Shown in pieces: positions 57,864 to 64,000 of a stretch of DNA of 64,000 nucleotides. The position numbers and the translations under genes were made by a program. Within the stretch, counting starts at the first letter, position 1; every line of letters starts with the position of its first letter. The notes under the pieces were generated by a model. That model had not been told where the DNA came from, searched no databases, and worked only from the letters and a program-made list of their open reading frames with translations. The DNA is from Acutalibacteraceae bacterium (GTDB lineage Bacteria > Bacillota > Clostridia > Oscillospirales > Acutalibacteraceae), in NCBI GenBank assembly GCA_045543735.1, contig JAZPXO010000008.1, positions 309 to 64,308 on the forward strand, written 5' to 3'.

Positions 57864-59798
57864 ATGGATAAGAAAACTTTTTATATTTCAACGCCGATAT
57901 ATTATCCCTCGGATAAGCTTCATATCGGCCACACCTATTCTACCGTAGCGGCAGATACAATGGCTCGTTACAAAAGATTCCAGGGCTATGACACCTTTTT
58001 CCTGACAGGTACCGATGAACACGGTCAGAAGATTGAGGATAAAGCAAAGGAAACTGGCGTAACTCCCAAGGAATATGTTGATAAGATTGTTGACGGAATC
58101 AAGGATCTTTGGAAGCTGATGAATATTTCAAACGATAAGTTCATCAGAACAACAGATGAATACCATGAAAAAGCCGTTCAGAAGATTTTCAGCAAGATGT
58201 ATGAAAAGGGCGATATTTATAAGGGCTATTACGAAGGTCTTTACTGCAAGCCCTGCGAATCCTTCTGGACAGAGACTCAGGCAGTTGACGGCAAATGCCC
58301 CGACTGCGGCAGACCCGTTACAAACGAACGCGAAGAAGCCTATTTCTTCAAGCTTTCAGCTTATGCGGATAAGCTTCTGAAATATTACGAGGATCATCCC
58401 GGCTTCATTGAGCCTCAGAGCAGACAGAACGAAATGGTGAATAATTTCATCAAGCCCGGTCTTCAGGATCTGTGCGTTTCCCGTTCCTCATTCAAATGGG
58501 GTATTCCCGTTCCCGTAAACGAGGATCATGTTATTTATGTCTGGCTTGATGCTCTCACCAACTATATAACAGCTCTCGGCTACGGCTCGGACGATGAAAC
58601 ACTTTATAATAAATTCTGGCCTTGCGATGTTCACCTCATCGGTAAGGATATTATCAGATTCCATACTATTTACTGGCCTGCATTCCTTATGTCGCTTGAC
58701 CTGCCTCTTCCCGAGAAGGTTTACGGTCACGGTTGGGTTCTTCTTGAAGGCGGAAAGATGAGTAAATCAAAGGGCAATGTTGTTGACCCCGTTATTCTTG
58801 CCGAAAGATACGGTGTTGACGCTCTGCGTTATTATCTTCTCCGCGAAATAGCATTTGGTTCAGACGGTATATTCTCCAACGAAAACCTCATCAACAGAAT
58901 TAATTCCGACCTTGCGAATGACCTCGGAAATCTTGTTTCCAGAACAGTTGCAATGGTTGATAAGTATTTCGGCGGTACTATTCCTGCTGAACGCGAGGCA
59001 GGGGAGTTTGATGAAGATCTCAAGGCTCTTGCCGCTGAAACCGTAAAGAATGCCGAAGCTTCTCTTGATAAGCTTAATTTCTCAATTGCTCTTTCAGATA
59101 TTTGGAAGTTCGTTTCCAGAACCAATAAATATATCGACGAAACTGCTCCCTGGGCTCTTGCAAAGGATGATTCAAAGAAGGCAAGACTTGCTGAGGTTAT
59201 GTATAATCTTTGCGAAAGCATCAGAATTATTTCTGTTCTTATCGCTCCCTTCATGCCTCTGACAACTCCCGAAATCCGCAAGCAGCTCGGTATCTCCGAG
59301 GAGCTTGAATGGAGCGAATGCTCTGTTTTCGGTAAAGAAGCAACTTATACCGTATGCATGGGCGCAATTATCTTCCCAAGAATTGACCTTGAAAAAGAGC
59401 TTGCAGAGCTTGAAGCGGCAAAGGCTCAGGCTGAACCCGTAAATCCTCTCAAGGAAGAAATTGAGGGCGTAGCCAAAATCAGCATTGACGATTTTGCAAA
59501 GGTTGATCTGAGAGTTGCGAAGATTATCGAGTGTGAACCGGTAAAGAAAGCAAAGAAGCTTCTCAAGCTTTCTCTTGATGACGGTACGGGCACACCCAGA
59601 ACCGTTGCATCGGGCATTGCAAAATGGTATAAGCCCGAGGACCTCATTGGCAAGAGTGTTATCCTTGTTTCGAACCTTAAACCCGCTGTTCTCTGCGGTG
59701 TTGAAAGCTGCGGAATGATTCTTGCCGCTGATTGCAGCGAGGATGATGTTAAGGTTATCTTTGTTGACGGTATTCCCGCTGGAAGTAAGGTCAGATAA
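57864..59798 (+). CDS. metG: Methionine-tRNA ligase
   Basis: HIGH, CKPC/CPDC knuckle, KMSKS, C-terminal tRNA-binding OB domain. Confidence 0.96.
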   Translation: MDKKTFYISTPIYYPSDKLHIGHTYSTVAADTMARYKRFQGYDTFFLTGTDEHGQKIEDKAKETGVTPKEYVDKIVDGIKDLWKLMNISNDKFIRTTDEYHEKAVQKIFSKMYEKGDIYKGYYEGLYCKPCESFWTETQAVDGKCPDCGRPVTNEREEAYFFKLSAYADKLLKYYEDHPGFIEPQSRQNEMVNNFIKPGLQDLCVSRSSFKWGIPVPVNEDHVIYVWLDALTNYITALGYGSDDETLYNKFWPCDVHLIGKDIIRFHTIYWPAFLMSLDLPLPEKVYGHGWVLLEGGKMSKSKGNVVDPVILAERYGVDALRYYLLREIAFGSDGIFSNENLINRINSDLANDLGNLVSRTVAMVDKYFGGTIPAEREAGEFDEDLKALAAETVKNAEASLDKLNFSIALSDIWKFVSRTNKYIDETAPWALAKDDSKKARLAEVMYNLCESIRIISVLIAPFMPLTTPEIRKQLGISEELEWSECSVFGKEATYTVCMGAIIFPRIDLEKELAELEAAKAQAEPVNPLKEEIEGVAKISIDDFAKVDLRVAKIIECEPVKKAKKLLKLSLDDGTGTPRTVASGIAKWYKPEDLIGKSVILVSNLKPAVLCGVESCGMILAADCSEDDVKVIFVDGIPAGSKVR

Positions 59799-59801
59799 AT
59801 T

Positions 59802-60569
59802 ATGAATAACATCTTTGACAGTCACGCTCATTATGACAGCGATGCCTTTGATGCTGACCGCAAAGAGCTGCTCAGCGCCCTGCACAGTCAGGGCGTTTGC
59901 GGCATTGTGAATTGCGGCAGTGATATGGCAACGTCTCTTTCCAGCCTTGAATTGGCAGATGAGTTTGATTATATTTATGCCGCATGCGGTGTTCATCCTC
60001 ATGAAGCCGAGAGCTGCAAGCAGGGTTATCTTCCCGTGCTTAAAAAGCTTTGCTCTGAAGAAAAGTGTGTTGCCGTCGGCGAAATCGGACTTGACTATCA
60101 TTACGATTTTTCGCCGAGGGAGATTCAGAAGCAGGTGTTTGAACAGCAGATTGTTCTTGCAAAGGAGCTTGATCTGCCGATAATTGTTCATGACAGAGAG
60201 GCGCATGAGGATACTCTCACGCTTTTGAAACGCTATAAGCCAAAGGGTGTAGTTCATTGCTTTTCGGGTTCTGCCGAGATGGCAAAGGAAATTGTGAAGC
60301 TTGGTATGTATATCGGACTCGGCGGTGCGGTTACATTCAAAAACGCAAGAAAACCCAGAGAAGTTGCTGAAATTGTTCCTTCGGACAGGCTTCTTATCGA
60401 AACCGATTGCCCGTATATGACTCCTGTTCCTCACAGAGGAAAACGTTGCGATTCTTCTTATATTCCGTTTACTGCTGAGGTTTTAGCCGAAGTCAGAAAC
60501 ACAACTGCGCAGGAAATTCTTGGTCTGACAAGAAAAAACGCAAACATACTTTTCGGATTGGAGCTTTAA
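59802..60569 (+). CDS. tatD: TatD-family nuclease
   Basis: DSHAH, G.HP, GEIGLDY, H.R.AH, HCF, ETDCPY; usual position after metG. Confidence 0.92.
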   Translation: MNNIFDSHAHYDSDAFDADRKELLSALHSQGVCGIVNCGSDMATSLSSLELADEFDYIYAACGVHPHEAESCKQGYLPVLKKLCSEEKCVAVGEIGLDYHYDFSPREIQKQVFEQQIVLAKELDLPIIVHDREAHEDTLTLLKRYKPKGVVHCFSGSAEMAKEIVKLGMYIGLGGAVTFKNARKPREVAEIVPSDRLLIETDCPYMTPVPHRGKRCDSSYIPFTAEVLAEVRNTTAQEILGLTRKNANILFGLEL

Positions 60570-60570
60570 A

Positions 60571-61317
60571 ATGTTTTTTCATGAAAAAACCTATGATATT
60601 GATGAGCTGATGAGACACAATATGCATATTCATACCAACCGTTCCCGTTGCGCAAAAAGCGAAATGAATGCGGTTGATATTGTTAAGACGGCTGAAAAAT
60701 GCGGTCTTGAAATCATCGCTCTGACAGATCACAACTATCCTCATAAAAAGAATGCTGTTGCATCGCAGAGGCTTGATATTATCAAAGAGCTGGAAAAGCT
60801 TGATTATAAAATCAAAGTGTATATCGGTGCGGAGCTTTCTGCTTACGGAATCGGAAAATTCGCTGATGATCCCGAATGCGATAATTCGCTCGATTTCCGT
60901 CTTTACACAACAAATCATTATCATCAGGATTATTGGGAACACCCCGAAATCATTACACCCAGAGCCTACGCTGAACATATGCTTGGAATAATGAATTGTG
61001 TTATTGACAGCGGCAGAGCGGATTGCTTTGCGCATCCGTTCATGGCAGGTTATATCCATGCCTTTGATGATCCTCATGAGGTTACAAGAGCGTTTACCGA
61101 TAATGAGATCGGTGATATCATGGAAAAAGCAAATAATGCTGAAATTGCGTGGGAACTGAACACTCCCGCGGTTTTTGGCGATCCTGAGTTCTATCACAGA
61201 TATTTTCAGATCGGCAAAGAGGTCGGCGTTGTTTTCAATATGGGAACGGATGCCCATGCTCTTGAAAAAATTGATCCGAAGCAGTTTGCTTCAAGATATA
61301 AAGAAATTCTCTATTGA
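60571..61317 (+). CDS. PHP-domain phosphoesterase
   Basis: HIHT, TDHN, GAE, AHP, ELN, GTDAH. Confidence 0.85.
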   Translation: MFFHEKTYDIDELMRHNMHIHTNRSRCAKSEMNAVDIVKTAEKCGLEIIALTDHNYPHKKNAVASQRLDIIKELEKLDYKIKVYIGAELSAYGIGKFADDPECDNSLDFRLYTTNHYHQDYWEHPEIITPRAYAEHMLGIMNCVIDSGRADCFAHPFMAGYIHAFDDPHEVTRAFTDNEIGDIMEKANNAEIAWELNTPAVFGDPEFYHRYFQIGKEVGVVFNMGTDAHALEKIDPKQFASRYKEILY

Positions 61318-61327
61318 GGTGTAAATA

Positions 61328-62653
61328 ATGTTTTTTGATTTTGTCGAAAAAGTAAAATATGAAGGTCCCAAAAGCAAAAATCCCTTTGCATTTAAGTTTT
61401 ATGATGCTGACAGAGTTGTTATGGGCAAACCCATGAAGGAGCATCTTCCTTTTGCTATGGCATGGTGGCATAATCTCGGCGCAGCAGGTACAGATATGTT
61501 CGGCAGAGACACAGCCGATAAATCCTTCGGTGCGGAAAAAGCGACCATGGCTCATGCAAAGGCAAAGGTTGACGCAGGCTTTGAATTCATGCAGAAGCTT
61601 GGAATTGAATATTTTTGCTTCCATGATGTTGACCTTGTTCCCGAGGCAGAGGATATCAATGAAACAAACCGCCGCCTTGATGAGATTTCAGATTATATTC
61701 TTGAAAAGATGAATGCAACAGGCATAAAATGCCTCTGGGGAACTGCAAACATGTTCTCAAATCCCAGATTCATGAACGGTGCAGGCTCAACAAACAGCGC
61801 CGAGGTTTATTGCTTTGCGGCTGCTCAGATAAAAAAAGCTCTCGATCTGACCGTTAAATTCGGCGGCAAGGGCTATGTTTTCTGGGGCGGCAGAGAAGGC
61901 TATGAAACACTTCTCAACACCGATATGAAATTTGAACAAGAAAATATCGCACGCCTTATGAAAATGGCGGTCGATTACGGTCGTTCTATCGGTTTTGATG
62001 GTGATTTCTATATTGAACCCAAGCCCAAGGAGCCGATGAAGCATCAATATGATTTTGATGCCGCAACTGCAATCGGTTTCTTGCGTCAATATGGATTGGA
62101 CAAAGATTTTAAAATGAACATCGAGGCAAACCACGCAACGCTTGCGGGGCATACCTTCCAGCACGAATTGCGTGTTTCCGCTATCAACGGTATGCTTGGC
62201 TCGATCGACGCAAATCAAGGCGATTTACTTCTTGGCTGGGATACTGATGAGTTCCCCTCAAACGTGTGCGATGCAACTATGTGTATGTATGAGGTCCTAA
62301 AGGCAGGAGGACTCACAGGCGGATTTAATTTCGATGCAAAAACACGCCGCCCGAGCTATACAGCAGAGGATATGTTCCACGCATTTATACTCGGTATGGA
62401 TACATTTGCGCTGGGTCTTATCAAAGCGGCAGAAATCATTGAAGATGGAAGAATTGATTTATTTGTAGAGGAAAGATATTCTTCCTTTAAGTCTGGCATC
62501 GGCAAAAAAATTGTTGAGGGTAACACTTCCCTTACAGAACTTGCAAAGATTGCCGAGGACATGGGTGCACCTGCGCTCCCCACAAGCGGCAGACAGGAAT
62601 ATTTGCAGAGTATCGTCAATCAGATTCTATTTAGCGGTGTGGAGGCATTGTAA
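61328..62653 (+). CDS. xylA: Xylose isomerase (class II)
   Basis: [41 protein letters not shown]. Confidence 0.96.
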   Translation: MFFDFVEKVKYEGPKSKNPFAFKFYDADRVVMGKPMKEHLPFAMAWWHNLGAAGTDMFGRDTADKSFGAEKATMAHAKAKVDAGFEFMQKLGIEYFCFHDVDLVPEAEDINETNRRLDEISDYILEKMNATGIKCLWGTANMFSNPRFMNGAGSTNSAEVYCFAAAQIKKALDLTVKFGGKGYVFWGGREGYETLLNTDMKFEQENIARLMKMAVDYGRSIGFDGDFYIEPKPKEPMKHQYDFDAATAIGFLRQYGLDKDFKMNIEANHATLAGHTFQHELRVSAINGMLGSIDANQGDLLLGWDTDEFPSNVCDATMCMYEVLKAGGLTGGFNFDAKTRRPSYTAEDMFHAFILGMDTFALGLIKAAEIIEDGRIDLFVEERYSSFKSGIGKKIVEGNTSLTELAKIAEDMGAPALPTSGRQEYLQSIVNQILFSGVEAL

Positions 62654-64000
62654 TGATTTATTATGTTTCTGTAGACGGAAACGATAAGGCAGACGGCTCA
62701 AAAGCCACGCCGTTTCAAACCATCAATCACGCCGCAAAAATTGCCGTAGCGGGCGATACCGTTAAAGTCTTTGGCGGCACCTACCGTGAGTGGATCGACC
62801 CAAAAAACGGCGGCACAAGTGAACACAACCGTATCGTGTATGAAGCGGTGGAGGGAGAAAAGCCCATAATTAAAGGCTCGGAAATCGTTGCCGATTGGGA
62901 ACAGATTGATGGCACAGTCTGGAAAAAGGTTCTTTCCAACCAAATGTTTGGCGATTGGAATCCTTTTGCTCTTGAGGTAGAGGGCGATTGGCTGGAAGAG
63001 CCTGCCACGGACTATCGTGTTCACCTTGGCGACGTTTACATTAACGGTATATCTATGTTTGAAGCAAAATCCATGGAGGATCTGTATTACAATGCTCCGC
63101 GAATCACCTGCTGTCAAAACAGCTGGAGGGTAGAGGAAGAGTTGATCTTGCATCCCGAGCAGACTGTTTATAAATGGTACGCTGTTGTAGGTGAGGACAC
63201 TACCACGATTTTTTGCAATTTTCAAGAGTATGATCCTAACAACGAATTGATCGAGATAAATGTACGCCCCTGCTGTTTTTATCCCAAAGCAACAGGCATC
63301 AATTATATCACCTTGCGCGGCTTTGAGATAGCGCAGGCAGCTTGCCCGTGGACACCGCCCACCTCTCATCAGATCGGTATGGTTGGACCGCATTGGAGCA
63401 AAGGCTGGATTATTGAAAACAACGATATACACGATGCAAAATGCAGTGCGATCAGTCTTGGAAAGGAAGAATCTACAGGGCATAATTTGCATTCCAAATT
63501 TCATCGTAAGTCCGGCCATCGCTATCAGCTGGAATCGGTATTCTTAGCGGTACAAAAGGGGTGGAGTCGTGATTCTGTCGGCTCTCATATCGTGCGTAAC
63601 AACGAGATCCATGATTGCGGACAAAATGGTGTTGTTGGGCATATGGGTTGTATATTCAGTCGGGTCGAGCATAACCACATTTATAATATCGGAGTAAAAC
63701 ACGAATTTTGGGGGCACGAAATGGCGGGGATCAAATTCCACGGCGCCATTGACACGATCGTCTGTGAAAATAACATCCATAACTGCACCCTCGGATCCTG
63801 GTTTGATTGGCAAACCCAGGGCTGCCGTATAACCGCCAATCTGTATTATGCCAACGACCGTGATATTATGGTGGAGGTTAGTCACGGACCGTATCTTATT
63901 GATCACAATGTGTTTATGTCGCAATATGCCTTTGATAACTGGTCGCAGGGCGGCGCTTTTGTACACAATCTGTTCTGCGGCAAGATTCGCAACAGGACCA
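62653..64000 (+). CDS. GH120 beta-xylosidase (beta-helix), truncated by window end
   Basis: ATG overlaps xylA stop (TAATG); [53 protein letters not shown]; not in ORF track. Confidence 0.88.
   Translation, partial: MIYYVSVDGNDKADGSKATPFQTINHAAKIAVAGDTVKVFGGTYREWIDPKNGGTSEHNRIVYEAVEGEKPIIKGSEIVADWEQIDGTVWKKVLSNQMFGDWNPFALEVEGDWLEEPATDYRVHLGDVYINGISMFEAKSMEDLYYNAPRITCCQNSWRVEEELILHPEQTVYKWYAVVGEDTTTIFCNFQEYDPNNELIEINVRPCCFYPKATGINYITLRGFEIAQAACPWTPPTSHQIGMVGPHWSKGWIIENNDIHDAKCSAISLGKEESTGHNLHSKFHRKSGHRYQLESVFLAVQKGWSRDSVGSHIVRNNEIHDCGQNGVVGHMGCIFSRVEHNHIYNIGVKHEFWGHEMAGIKFHGAIDTIVCENNIHNCTLGSWFDWQTQGCRITANLYYANDRDIMVEVSHGPYLIDHNVFMSQYAFDNWSQGGAFVHNLFCGKIRNRT

Noticed and set aside
59172-60434. 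420-aa minus-strand ORF
   Set aside because: Antisense shadow of metG/tatD; no recognisable motifs; explained by codon bias of the real genes
62698-63966. Minus-strand ORFs of 273 and 140 aa
   Set aside because: Shadows of the plus-strand GH120 gene, which the ORF track omits because it has no stop codon in the window
1-64000. CRISPR arrays, IS elements, prophage genes, recoding (Sec/Pyl, frameshifts)
   Set aside because: Intergenic spaces are short with no periodic repeats; recognised genes appear full length in the standard code

Overview
Gene-dense chromosomal segment of an anaerobic gut-type Bacillota (Clostridia; probably Oscillospirales, inferred from gene content and sigma-A promoters). 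It holds about 55 CDS and one tRNA-Thr(GGT); I saw no CRISPR array, integrase, transposase or prophage gene. Housekeeping content: a complete hisZGDCBHAF-IE operon with a HisR-like operator, glmM, rfbB, tsaA/trmO, nagB, metG-tatD and xylA. It is interleaved with many glycan-processing enzymes (GH36, GH30, GH98-like, GH136-like beta-helix, GH43, GH13, GH3, GH2, GH29, GH125, GH120) and a TAXI-TRAP transporter. The best leads are: (1) a stand-alone membrane protein with channel-like TM/pore, two RCK-like domains and RyR repeats; (2) a divergent secreted GH98-like and GH136-like pair suggesting host-glycan foraging; (3) tsaA/trmO directly behind the gene for its substrate tRNA-Thr(GGU), separated by a terminator; (4) a Gfo/Idh/MocA plus two TIM-barrel isomerase-like genes resembling redox (non-hydrolytic) glycoside cleavage modules; (5) an uncharacterised exported protein divergent from the GH2 gene; (6) an apparent codon-usage break inside xylA. 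Two genes at the window edges are absent from the ORF track. All family calls come from motif recognition by eye; no database searches were run.
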